Below, in pieces: positions 51,861 through 64,000 of a DNA stretch of 64,000 nucleotides. Source of the DNA: Octopus sinensis. Taxonomy: Eukaryota. Positions within the stretch are counted from its first letter, which is position 1; every line of letters starts with the position of its first letter. The notes under the pieces were generated by a model. The model worked only from the letters and a program-made list of their open reading frames with translations, was not told the origin of the DNA and did no database searches. Made by a program: the position numbers and the translations under genes. The stretch spans positions 9,858,001 through 9,922,000 of the forward strand of contig NC_043015.1 in the NCBI RefSeq assembly GCF_006345805.1. The letters are read 5' to 3'.

Positions 51861-53069
51861 CAGCATGGGTCAATCTCAGCAAATTGTCACTATCAATGAA
51901 ATTTCACATCAGCAATAAGCTAAAGACAAATTCACATTTCTTGCTCTGACTCAGATTCGAACAGTATCAAATGTCGTCGAGGTTAATATTACCTTTCGTC
52001 CCTTTCGAGATTATTAAATAGAAGTAGAAGGGATCAACTAAGGTAGATGGTATCGAGTGACCTCTTCCTTTCAAAATGTTGATCTTGTGCTTAAATCATT
52101 ATTAATCCGATAGATCCAGTTCTAGATCATGCATGTCAGAAATAATCTTCATATCCAATACGTTATTTATGGTTTGAGAAAAAATTTCTTTTACAAATTA
52201 ATCATATTAAAAAGTATTTAAAATGTATTTAAATATTTTAAAACTAAACTGGAGATAGCCAACAACACCTCTAAATATAAAATTCTCTCTATAGAGATTA
52301 ACCCATTAGGAGTGCTTTTGAAATACCCACCCCCGAAAATTCTTACACATAATGCCAAAACTTCCATCCCCAAAATCTAATCCTTTCTTTTCAAATATAC
52401 GTTTATTTAAAGAACGTTTTGTTTATTTATGAATATTTATATTTAGAAAGGTTTCCTTCAAATATTGTCACTGTATCAATAACCGTTTCATATAATCTTT
52501 CTTGAATGTAGATATATGCATACATGTATATGTATGTGGATATACACGTATGTATATTGGTCTGTGTCTGTTTCATGTGTGTGTGTGTGCAAATGACTAT
52601 ATTTAGATAACTTAAATGGAATTTAATAAGCATAATCACAACAGTGATTTTTCGGTTTTGGGAACCCCCCCCCCCCCGACCGTTGGCCACCTCTGTTTTC
52701 GCTTTTAAGAAAATCACCCCTGGCCAACATGTGTTCTATTCATTTTTATGTGTCTCGTTTCGATTCAAGATACAAAATCTACTGTACTCATAACACCAAC
52801 AGAAACAGAATATGTACATACATTCCCTCTTGCTGAGAAAATCTACAGTACGTCTTTTATGTAAAGGCTTGCAAATTTTCAAATTGACCCAAATTCTTGT
52901 TTCTCGAGATTATTTCTCCTTTTTAATTTATAGTTGGTTGTAAATTGTTTCTCCCACGTCTTTATTCTTCTTCCAAAAGCAACACAATCTCAATTCATGG
53001 AAAACTCATATTCTAAATTATTTCATATATATTTATTCGTCGTAATTCTTAATCCTTTTTACTTTACAG

Positions 53070-53233
53070 GTGCGACACTATATTACGTAGTTCATTTTAC
53101 TTAATATGTGTTTAAATTTTATGACACTATCATCAGAGTAAAGGAAAGAATGTTCTAATGTTTGATCAAAGAAGAAATTGTGCATGCACATTTAAAGTCT
53201 TGAAACGAAAAGTCAGATAAGTCAGATAGTGTG
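53070..53233 (+). other. Candidate non-coding exon (164 nt)
   Basis: cctttttactttacAG acceptor and GTAAGC donor; stops in all three frames. Confidence 0.25.
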
Positions 53234-55934
53234 GTAAGCATGGTCTGAATGTACAGCTAGCTCTAAGAATATACCTATAGTTTGAGGGAGAACTGCTTCA
53301 AATGCACACTTGCTTTATTGCTTAGAATAGTCATGGTTTCGACCGGTTTCTATGTGTAACCCTATGAGATTCCCCGGCTTCTGTTGATCTATTGATTTGT
53401 TGTATTTTTGTGGTTTTGTTTCTGTTATTTTACACGTTAGACAAATTTATAAAATACCACTAAGTATCGTTCTGTAGCATCCATGTTTTTATGCTATCAT
53501 TTAATGGTTAATAAAGAAAACTTTATTTTTATCATTATTATTATTATTATTATTATTGATTTACATTTTGATCGCTATATTATACTAATCATTAGTCTTA
53601 ACTGCTATGAGCATCATTCGTTTCGCCTCAGCCATTCACGTCAAGCCAGAATGAAATATATATGTACTACAATAGTTTACCTTATCGCTAAAATTTCTCC
53701 CCAAGGGTTTCTATGTTGATACAGATAATCGGGAAGATTTTGCGTAGTACACTATTCTCTGTTGTTGGCAGCACATTTACCATTAGAAGCAGTTATCTTT
53801 CTACGTCGCAAATTAACGTTGACAGTTTCTAGAACTAGAACAGATATTCAAAGCCAAAGTTTTCCTATATAAAATAGAGAGCAAACCAAAAAACATTTCA
53901 AACAAAATAACGAAAAAACATAAAACATGAATATTTTGTTCTCGGCTATTAAATTTATTACCAGACATAACACTTTATCATAATTCTTTAGTTTTTAAGA
54001 AGTACATTTTCTTTTTTTTGGCAAAGCACAATTTTGAAATGAGATTTTCTACTATATAGCACAATCGCATTGACATTTATCTATTTATTCATTTTATTTC
54101 TGATTTTCGTTTTTAAAAATGATGTCTCTTACTCCCCAATGTCTGATTATTTAATATTCCGAAGTATGGAGCAAAATACTACTATTTTGCACAGTAACAT
54201 TCTTACTCCATTCGACTGAAAGCCAATATGCATTATTTCATTTTCAACTGTCACTATATCAGCGAATATATTGTGATCTTGATTCACGGTTCGACACTTA
54301 TCAAAATGAAATTTTTTCATGCTTAAAATAACAGTTGCAAAAATTCCGGGGAATTTGTAGATTCACACAATCTTCCATAAAATATATTACGAAAAAAATA
54401 AATGGTACGGAGCTTCCAAAGTCTAAATACAGAAATGTATACATTCATTTCGACATAATTTGGAACACAATATCTTTTGTTGTATATTTTTTTAGTCAAC
54501 ACAAACAATGCAACCAGAAGCTTAATGAAAAGTGACCACAAAGTCTGGCGATCACCTTAGTGAGAAAATAGTTGAAAGCCAATAACTGCGCCATATTTCT
54601 CACACTAGAAAATGCGTCATGATTTTTTTGTGTTGGATAGAATTCCCGTTTAGATCATGTTTGCGTTCATATCCATTCACACAAGATTGCATGTAGTGTA
54701 TAGGTAACGCGAGTGTAAATGTGCTTAATGAAATAAACCAAAAAATCAATTAATATTAAATTCGTTTTAGATGGAACTTTTTGGCCAGAAGTACAATAAA
54801 TCAGGTTCCAAAATAAATTTATTAAAAACGGAATCAGAGCATGCAACGGGGAGTGAGCATATCCGGTAGATATGCTAGTGACGTTATTCGTATGTAATAC
54901 ATTTATACTTACTGAGAAAGTATATACTAGTATAATTAAAAGACCATTCCCTGGTTGGCCAATGTTACACAAGCTGACGGAAGATTTAGAATTATTTTCT
55001 TTGGTAACTCCTCAGGAAAAAGCAGATACTTATGTGTTGATTAAGTTATTTAGTGGTGTTTACCAAAGGATATATCCATTGTATGAAATAGCTCCCGAAA
55101 TAAGGGGAAAATTCGAGTGCGATAAGATCGAGGGTGATAAAACAGATATCGAAATGCATCAAATATAACATATTTTGATGTTCTTAACAGTGCTTAAATA
55201 ACAAGTAAACAATAATGGAATATACATGAATTTATTTTAGCCGTTTATGTCACAAAATGAGAATGCAGTTTAAATGAATTTAACTTACCGTTTGTTTCCC
55301 TTCAAATCTTTTGTTGGCAAAAAAATATTGAGCTTATATCGTACATGAATATATGAATGTATTATACGGGTATATGCAATAATCGAACTCTAGCAAATAT
55401 ATACTGCATATTTCTGTGACAGTTTGTTTGATGTTGAAACTCTTCAAATATTTGTAACTCACAATATATTTGAAAATCACTATATAAGCTTGTTAGATAT
55501 CAACATTTATGAATGTTGTTATTTCTAACAAATTCTAATTAACGTCAATGTTGTCGAAATAATGTAAAACGCAGCAAATTTCTAGACATTTTTTGGGAAG
55601 CAAATAGATAAAATATATTCTAACAATATTATCCAATATACTTGTAATATTTCAAAGGAGGCCGATCCGAACGTTCAACTTATACATCGCAATACTTCAC
55701 TCCGATTTTAAGAAGATAGAGAGGAATGTATGTGGATTTTGAAGGTACTCATTGGCAAAGAGATTGATAGCATTATTCTGCTCTTAACATACACTTCAGC
55801 AAACCACATGGAAAAAGACAAACTACAGAAGGTCGAGTGGAGCCTAAATATAGGAATCGATGTGGAGCTGGAGTGGTTGAGCTTATAAACTATGGAGTGT
55901 GTACGTATATATGTATGTAAGCATCCTTTGAAAA

Positions 55935-56627
55935 ATATATTATTCATATAAATACAGTGTACATTTAAACGCATAATAGGTATCCGTCATAGGATCCCTT
56001 GCACGCTAGAAGGAACAGCTAAAGTCTAAACCAGTATTAGGGATAAAATCTAGAAGGGAATGAAAAATAAAAACATTTACCATCTATCTACTGGACCATG
56101 GTTTCTGAAATTTTTTAGCAAATAAAATAATTTGCTAGGCGAAGTCTTTATGAACAGGTACGCCTAGATTAAACATATAAGTACGAGACAAATCGAGCAT
56201 GTGACTCCTGTTTATACGTTATAATTTTTCAAATCCACCGCGCAAGCGCAGTTTTTTATTTTTTTGTTGACATCAAAAAATACCGGCATTTCTTCGAACA
56301 ATTTTGCAGAAAAATTTATCAATAATTAATAATATCAGGGAAATAAAGAGTTTAGGCTGGATTTGCCTCGTTCTTATATGTTTAATCTAGGCGTACTTGT
56401 TGATGAAGACTTCACCTAACAAATTATTTTATTATATTTGCTAAAAAGAAGTCAGAAACCATGGTCCAGGAGATAGATGGTAAAAAAGTTTTTATTTTTC
56501 ATTCCCTTCGAGTTTTCATCCCTAATAGTGGTTTGGACTTTAGCTGTTCCTTCTAGCGTGCAAGGGATCCTATGACGGATACCTATTATGCGTTTAAATG
56601 TACACTGTATTTATATGAACAATATAT
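55935..56627. mobile_element. Fold-back element/MITE with ~260-bp inverted arms
   Basis: Arms 55935-56194 and 56360-56627; the outer ~55 bp are near-perfect; 165-bp spacer. Confidence 0.9.
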
Positions 56628-56703
56628 AGTCTGTTGACTAATTTTTCTACATGCGAGGCCACAGGTAGTAAAAGTGTCTAAATTTTTTATTACCTTGATG
56701 TTA

Positions 56704-56769
<66 letters not shown>

Positions 56770-56827
56770 TGTGTGGATGTGTGCGTGTGCGTGCGTGTGT
56801 GCTTGTGTGTGGGCACGCGTACATGTA

Positions 56828-57262
56828 TATGTGTGTGGAGTGGAGTGAAAGCTTTTGAAGAGGCCAAAATAATGCATGTAAGACTTAAAAGAGATCTAAG
56901 GAAGAATGTTACGATTGAGAAGGTAAATGACAATGACCTTTTGCGCGTACTGTTTGTGACAGACCATGGCTTTTCTTGCTGGGCTGAAATCACATTTGCG
57001 AAATCAGGGAAAACGAACCTCCACCACCTTATTTGCCTATATGTCTGTGTACGCCTTTGAATGTTGTGTATGCCAGGAGGTTTGCAAATCTAACAGAGGC
57101 CTCAATACACATTTTAAGATCCACAAAGATCAGAACTTAGCTGCAGCTCTTGATGGTCCAAATCGGATGTGCAATCTATGTTGGTGTCTTTTAAGAACAA
57201 TGCCTGGTTTAAAAAGCCACATTAGATGCCATGACGGTGCAAAGGTGTAGGTGCAGGAGGTA
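56828..57262 (+). mobile_element. RTE-like LINE 3' fragment with C2H2 zinc fingers
   Basis: GVKAFEEAKIMHVRLKRDLRK followed by FECCVCQEVCKSNRGLNTHFKIH and CNLCWCLLRTMPGLKSHIRCH. Confidence 0.6.
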
Positions 57263-57408
57263 AGAAGTAGACAACCACCATATATATATATATATATATA
57301 TTTACATCTTATATATATGTGTGTGTGTATGTGTGTGTGTATGTACATATATATACATATACATACAAATATATATATATACTTGCATATATGCATACAC
57401 ACACAAAC

Positions 57409-57463
<55 letters not shown>

Positions 57464-57464
<1 letters not shown>

Positions 57465-58346
57465 CTCTTATTATAAAAGGCAGATTTTATCTGCCTCCCT
57501 TTGGGAGTTATACAAATCTACAATAAAGGATTTTTTCAATTACAATTTACCTTGCATTTTTAAGAGTACAATGCATCGCGTCATGCCAGGTCCAGTTTTT
57601 AAAATTTAAACTCCAATTAAGCAAAATTTACAGAAATCTCACATTCTGGTGTGTGTGTCAAATGCTTTTCTTAGTCTGGTTTACAGCACACGCAAACGCA
57701 CACACACAGTGGGCAACGAATAAAATGAAAGTAATTGACTTACTGTAGTGAGTGATTCTTTCACTCTGCCTCCCACTTCCTGTTTCGACACATAGACACG
57801 CAAATATATAAATAAAATTGTAAGCTAACGTGCGTGTGTGTGAGTGGGTGTGTGTGGGTGTGCGCGTGTGTGTGTGTGTGAGGGTGCGTGTGTGTGTGTG
57901 TGTGCGTGTGCGTGAGTGTGTGACAGGAAAGTTTTTTACGACGAATATAACACCTATATCCAAGTAGCAGAATCATAAGACAGTAAGGTGTGATTTGAGG
58001 GAGATTTGGCTGCTATTTCTACCATGTCTAGCTGCCATGTAGGGGTCTCCCTCATAGGCTCATACATACATATATACATAGATAAGACAGTAAGGTGTGA
58101 TTTGGGGGAAATTTAGCTGCTATTTCTACCAGGTCTAGCTGCCATGTAGGGGTCTCCCTCATAGGCTCATACATACATATATACATAGATAAGACAGTAA
58201 GGTGTGATTTGGGGGAAATTTGGCTGCTATTTCTACCAGGTCTAGCTACCATGTAGAGGTCCCCCTCATTGGCTCATATATATATACATACATAAGACAG
58301 TAAGGTGTGATTTGAGGGAGATTTGGCTGCTGTTTCTACCAGGTCT
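57464..58346 (+). mobile_element. Probable Helitron-type element with an internal tandem array
   Basis: Starts TCTCTTATTATAAAAGGCAG, like the 7141 Helitron 5' end TCTCTCTATATATAAACGGCAG. No clear 3' CTAG terminus. Confidence 0.4.
57975..58346. repeat. ~107-bp tandem repeat, 3.5 copies
   Basis: ataagacagtaaggtgtgattt starts at 57975, 58082, 58189 and 58292. Confidence 0.95.
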
Positions 58347-58429
58347 GTTAGGCCTTCTCATGTAAACTCAAGCTTTCTCATGCCTTGAACATAAGACCAA
58401 AGCAGAGAATGTATTCTTTTATTCTTCTG

Positions 58430-58625
58430 CTTTTTCCAGCCATTGGTCTGTGGCCATGCTGGGGCAATGCCTTGAAGAATTGTAGTTTAATGAATCAACT
58501 CCAGTTTTATTTTTGTAAGCATTGTACTTATTCTATCTGTTTCCTTTGTCAAACCACTAGGTGACAGGGATGTAAACAAACCAACATTCGTTGTCAAGCA
58601 GTGGTGGAGGACAATCACAAGCACA
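58430..58625 (-). mobile_element. SINE family C 3' part
   Basis: tgtggccatgctgggg tail and gcttgacaacgaatgttggtttgtttacatcc body. Confidence 0.65.
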
Positions 58626-58715
58626 TACACGTACACACACACACACATACATGCATACACATATACACACATACATACATACATACATATATATATATAT
58701 GTGTGTATATATATA

Positions 58716-58973
58716 TTGCAGCGTGGAAGGTGTTTGTAAGCCATTTAAGAAACACACAAAAACCGTTACATTCACTTCAACATTTAAATTTAATTTGCCA
58801 AAATATTTTCGTCGCTTTGAGACCGCGACCTGTTCACTGACAAAAATATCGTGCTAACAGGTCGCGGTCTCAAAGCGACGAAAATATTTTGACAAATTAA
58901 ATTTAAATGTTGAAGTGAATCTAACGGTTTTTGTGTGTTTCTTAAATGGCTTATAACACCTTCAACGCTGCAA
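58716..58973. mobile_element. Fold-back MITE, ~119-bp arms with a 21-bp loop
   Basis: Arms 58716-58834 and 58856-58973 are near-perfect inverted repeats. Confidence 0.9.
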
Positions 58974-59139
58974 CTGTTTTCGTTCCAGCACACGATCTCA
59001 GATCAAGTCACTTGCTATGCAAGTACATCTCTGTAACTATATATATATTTATATATATATATATATATGTATATTGGTAAAAACAGTAAGATAACAAAAG
59101 AAAGAAAGAGACCTCAATATTATGTAAATAGAGGAAATA

Positions 59140-59529
59140 TTTATATATAAAAGTAAGGTTGTGTGTCTGTCTCCTACGATTTAGACTCCTAACTACTCCC
59201 ACATTTTGCGGTGCAGTTTAACCAAAACCGGGTATCTTATAGTCGTGATTCATATCGAGACCGTCTGGGTATTAGCGCGCGTCTACGATGAGTCTACGAT
59301 TTAAAAAAAATTACCATCAATTTTTCCCATTTTTAATCCATTTTTGACATATATAAGGGAAGTAACTCTCTAAAATTATTATTAAATCTCAGAACGTAAA
59401 AAGCTACAGTAACACCCCTCCCCCTTTGTGGTTAGCCATATTGAGATGGCTATTATACTTTACATCTCTAAAAATGCTTATATAATTATTTCCCTTACAA
59501 ACCCGAGCAACGCCGGGCGATACTGCTAG
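59140..59529 (+). mobile_element. Non-autonomous Helitron
   Basis: 3' hairpin cccgagcaacgccggg followed by CTAG|T. The last ~60 bp are nearly identical to the 6771 element. Confidence 0.8.
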
Positions 59530-60081
59530 TATATATATATATATTTATTCGCATTTTATGTTTATGTATTCGTATTTTATGCAAAAATGGCTGAACGAAT
59601 TGCTCCATACTTGGGATGAATGAATAAGTTGTCTTCGGACACATTATAGCGTCTTTATTTTATTTATTTTTTACAGAATATAAATAATATTGCTTTATAT
59701 ATATGATTCACTTCTTTAAAAAATTTTCTCAATGTCATTTGCGTAGCAAATGTCATTTGACGTAGCAAATGTCATTTGGCATAGCAAATATTAATTCGTT
59801 GCATGCGAAATTTTCCGTTTTTATTTTCGAAGTTTATCAATCTCTGTGTTAATGTTTTCATTTCAAGTTTTCATTTCCTCTTTGTAAACAGCTACAATAA
59901 ATTACAGAAAGAAATATTTACTATGCAAGCGAATTTTTTTTATAAATTGAAGTTATCAAGAAAATTTACTTTCTGAACTTCCTTTTATTACTGAATATTT
60001 CAAGTTCACAAATTGAAATATTCGGTATTTATACGATTTTTTCAATTCAAGTTTCATTTAATATTTGCAATGTTCTCTCTC

Positions 60082-60124
<43 letters not shown>

Positions 60125-60490
60125 CTCTCACGCACACATAGTGTCTCTCTAATATAAACACACACACACACTGTAGCTGTAATATAAACACACACACACA
60201 CTTCCGGTTTGATTCCGTAATTAAAGAATTATCACATTAGAATTTTGCAATTCAACATGGGGCGTCCAAAAGATATGGTCATCCTTTCGCTTGGACCTGC
60301 ACACATCATTAATTTCCGTGACAGTTTTATGTTTATTTACTTTTTCAGAACCGTGTCAGCTCTATCTATTTCTAGTTAGTCACGCACGCATACGTTTGTA
60401 AACATTTATGTATGCGTGTGTGTTTGTGTCTGTTTATGAGTGCAAGAGAGAACGAAGGAGAGCAAGTGAATGGGTGTGTTGTCATGTATA

Positions 60491-60892
60491 CTCTCTTTAC
60501 TCTTTTATTTCTTTCAGTCATTTGACTGCGGCCATGCTGGAGTACCGCCTTTAGTCGAGCAAATCGACCCCGGGACTTATTCTTTGTAAGCTCAGTACTT
60601 ATTCTATCGGTCTCTTTTCCCGAAACGCTAAGTGACGGGGACGTAAACACACCAGCATCGGTTGTCAAGCAATGCTAGAGGGACAAACACAGACACACAC
60701 ACACATACATATATATACATACATATATACGACAGGCTTCTTTCAGTTTCCGTCTTCCAAATCCACTCACAAGGCATTGGTCGGCCCGGGGCTATAGCAG
60801 AAGACACTTGCCCAAGATGCCACGCAGTGGGACTGAACCCAGAACCATGTGGTTGGTTAGCGAGCTACTTAACACACAGCCACTCCTGCGCC
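60491..60892 (-). mobile_element. SINE family C, full length, young
   Basis: Minus strand GGCGCAGGAGTGGCTGTGTG head, GGGTTCAGTCCC B box, CTTGGGCAAGTG CORE-like motif, internal (TA/GT)n and tail GGCGGTACTCCAGCATGGCCGCAGTCAAATGACTG. Confidence 0.9.
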
Positions 60893-61799
60893 TATATGCA
60901 CATTTATAAATATATATGCATACATCTTTTGTTTATATGTAGGCGTTTTGTCTGAGAGAGAGAGAGAGAGTGATGTCTAAACCATACCCACTCTCTCTTT
61001 CTCTCTCTCTCTCCCTTACTCACACTCGCACACATACATACAAAAAAATGTGTGCATATTATGTATGTATACATGGCATCACACCACTTCACTATGTCTC
61101 TCAATTTCTCTTTTCTTTCTTTCTATCTCTCTCTCCCTCTCTCTCCCCTTCTCACTCCCACACACACGTCCATTTCATATACACGTACAGACAACTTTCA
61201 CTCTCTTTCTTCTCTCTTTCACTTTAAAACAAAAGTAAATATATAAAATAATTTTACGTAAATTAACGAATAAATTCAGCATTTCATTTTGGTATTTCTG
61301 TGGGTTCAACCAAAAGAATGACAATATATGCGACTGCGAAAAAACATTCAGCAGGAATGGCACGACGGCAGACAATACCATAAAAATTATTAGTATTGAG
61401 AATGAAATGTGAAAATATTGTCACGTAAGCAACAGAAGACCGCCCGGAAGGCAGTCTTTTTACTGATGCATATATATGTATACACACACACACACAGTGT
61501 GATATATCGCTAGCCACTAAACATTTTCTATTATCTCTCCCTGTTTGTTTCTGGGCTCCTTTCTATCGAAAGAACTTAGGCTCGAGACGTAAAAGACTTT
61601 CTCGATTCCCTAGCGTTAAACTAATACATCTGTTTGTTGTTTACTCACTCGTTTGTTTGTAAATTTTCATTATCTATATATATAAGAAAATAGTAGAGTG
61701 AAAAAACGACAGAAGGCTTAAATGTTAAAAAATATATATATTTGTGTCAAAATGTCTGGAGAATATTGGAAAACTTTTTTTCCTTTCCTTAAAATGACA

Positions 61800-64000
61800 T
61801 AATTTTATAATTTTTAAAGAAATACCGGTTTCGCGTGTAGCTTTTCAAATTTCTTGTGACGTTATGTTTATATTGCATGGAGTTATCGTTGTGTTTATTT
61901 TCAGGAGATTTTCTAAATAAGGGGAGGTAGTGAGTGATTTCTTCCGGTGTAAGGGAGATAATAGCTTAAAAAATTTGTTTTCCCTTTCCCTTGTTAATTT
62001 CTCTGTGTCAGTATGTTCGGATGGTTGAGTCTGGGTTTGTACTTTTCAATGAAGAATGTTTCCTTGTTCAGTCTCATTTGTGTTGATGATCCGACAGCAC
62101 ATTGGTAAAATGGGAAGATTAAAAATTGTGGCAGTAGTTGCTTTGCGCATTTCTCAATGTGCTCACTAAAAGGTATCATTCTATATTCTGGGAATGCAAT
62201 CTGTTGTCGATGCAGTGTGCATCTACGCCTGAGTGATAGTCCCGTGGAACCCACGTAGTCTTGGTGGCAGCCCGAGCATTTAATGACATAAATTATGTTT
62301 TCAGAGGCACAAGTAAACTTAGATTTGATCTTGAATTTTTGTCCCTCTTTAAAGAGGAATTCTGATCCTTCTAGCAGGTTAGGGCATGTTGCACAGTTCG
62401 ATCTACCACATTTTTTTACTTTTGCATCCGTAATTTCAGAAGACAATTTTGCCTTTGTGAGAATCTTTTTAAGTGATTGAGGCTGTTTGTAGCTTTTAAT
62501 GATTTGGTGTATGTTTAGATTTTCCTTTAATTTTGGGTTTTTATGAAGTATTGGTAAATTCTGGGTGATGATGGTGAAGGCTTCTTTGTTTCTGGGGTTG
62601 TATGTAGATATGTAAGGTAGTATTTTCGGGGAAGGTGTGTTGTTGTGTTGAACTTTTCTTAAAGTTTCTATGTTGATTTCTTTTGCACGTCTGATCCCAT
62701 CCTCTATGAGTTGAGCTGGGTAATGTCTGTCAATTAGGGTGTTTTTGAGTTCTTGCAGTCTAAAGTTCCTGGTATTTTGTTCTGACACTATTGTGCATAT
62801 CCTTCTTGCAAGGTTGAAGGGGATGTTTGTTTTAGTGTGTCTTGGGTGGCATGAATTAAAAAGAAGGTATTGTTTGGCGTCTGTGGCTTTGTAAAAAAAT
62901 GTCTGTTTCTATTTTAAGGTTAATTTTTTTAATTAGTATATCCAAGAACGGAGCTCCTTTTGGTTGTATTCCATTGTGAACTGTATATTTGCGTTTATGC
63001 TGTTCAATAGGTTTTTAAATTTTAGGAGTTTATCTATGTTTTCATTCCAGAGAATCAAACAATCGTCTAGGAATCGTTTCCAATTCTCTTTTATGCATTG
63101 AGAGAGGGAGTTTCCAAAGATTGATAGAGATTCCTGGTAAATGATTATTTCCATGTATCCCATTGTTAAGTTCGCAATGACTGGTGCTGCCCTTGTACCC
63201 ATAGCAATTCCGGATTTTTGACGGTAAAATGTATTGTCAAACATGAAGTGGTTATTGTGTAGGATGAATTCAATTGATTTAGTAATGAAATCCTTACTGA
63301 TCCTTTTTGGTATTTCTTCCGGAAATTGGTCTAACCAGAACTGTATTGCCTCCAGTCCATACTTATGAGGTATACTGGTATACAAGTTGACTACATCAAA
63401 TGAAACCAGGATTGTTTCTTCCTTGGAAGGTGGTTTAACATATCTAAGTCATCTCTGATATGGCTATCGATATGTTTAAGGAAGGGTTTCAGGAGGATGT
63501 CCATAAGTAGACTTAGTCTGTGTGTTTCACAGGTTGGGCCAGCTACAATGGGTCGTAGTTTTAGGTCCCCCGGATTAGGTGTGTGTATGTATGTCTTTGG
63601 TGATTTTTTAATGGTTTCATTTATAATTTGACTTTTATGAATTTTTGGCAGACCATAGAAAAGGCTAGGTTTGCATTTAAAGTTTGTTAGGAAGTCAATC
63701 TCTTTGGTTGTCAGTTCCTTTTCGTGGGTTTTAATTAGTGAGGATAGAGTTTTCATTATTTTTTGTGGGGTGTAGTTGGTAATTTTTTCATAATGTAGGT
63801 CGTCATCAAGCAAGGAAATTAAAAGATTTCTCTAGTATGATGTATCCATTATTACAACTGCATTTCCCTTGTCCGCTTCCTTAATGGTTATATCTTCATC
63901 ATTTTGGAGTTCTATCAGTTCTTTCCATTGTGTAGTGTTAAAATTTGGGTTAGCTTTCTGTTTATGTATAGTATGGTAGGGGAAGTTCTCAATGTGGTTA
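61800..64000 (-). mobile_element. Penelope-like retroelement (RT plus GIY-YIG), runs off the window end
   Basis: IKEADKG, FYGLPKIHK, LRPIV, ILVSFDVVNLYTSIP, GIAMGT, RFLDD, CHPRH and IIYVIKCSGCHQDYVGST motifs. About three frameshifts and one stop; ORF stop at 61994. Confidence 0.95.
61816..61855 (-). ncRNA. Decayed minimal hammerhead-like motif at the Penelope 3' end
   Basis: Minus strand AAGAAA-t-TTGAAAA-GC-tacac-GC-GAAAC-CG-GTA-TTTCTT; core has two mismatches to CTGANGA. Confidence 0.4.

Noticed and set aside
54764-54793. Splice acceptor ttcgttttAG leading into the 54872 ORF
   Set aside because: Two in-frame stops intervene, and the segment looks like a mariner-type terminal repeat.
56966-57250. 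Host C2H2 zinc-finger gene
   Set aside because: The fingers follow an RTE-type C-terminal segment, are frameshifted and are flanked by microsatellites; better explained as a LINE end.

Overview
AT-rich, repeat-dense eukaryotic DNA. The SINE families and microsatellite load point to a cephalopod, most likely Octopus; this is an inference, not a database result. I cannot assemble an intact host protein-coding gene and I see no rRNA, true tRNA or CRISPR. Every long recognisable reading frame belongs to a transposable element: a frame-intact CR1-like LINE (15.9-18.8 kb) plus an older deleted relative, an L1/Tx1-like LINE with ORF1 (25-29 kb), R4/Dong-like restriction-endonuclease LINE pieces next to (AAT)n, RTE fragments, three Penelope-like (RT + GIY-YIG) elements, mariner derivatives, non-autonomous Helitrons, fold-back MITEs and at least four tRNA-derived SINE families. 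The most interesting signals are hammerhead-ribozyme-like motifs near the Penelope elements, a tail-to-tail palindrome at the CR1 3' end, a covarying stem-loop shared by the LINE and SINE tails, SINE tail swapping, a few candidate (micro)exons with strong splice signals, and a perfect DR4 element in unique sequence. I found no convincing evidence of a wholly new biological system. All element identifications come from motif recognition by eye and need RepeatMasker/Dfam/HMM confirmation.
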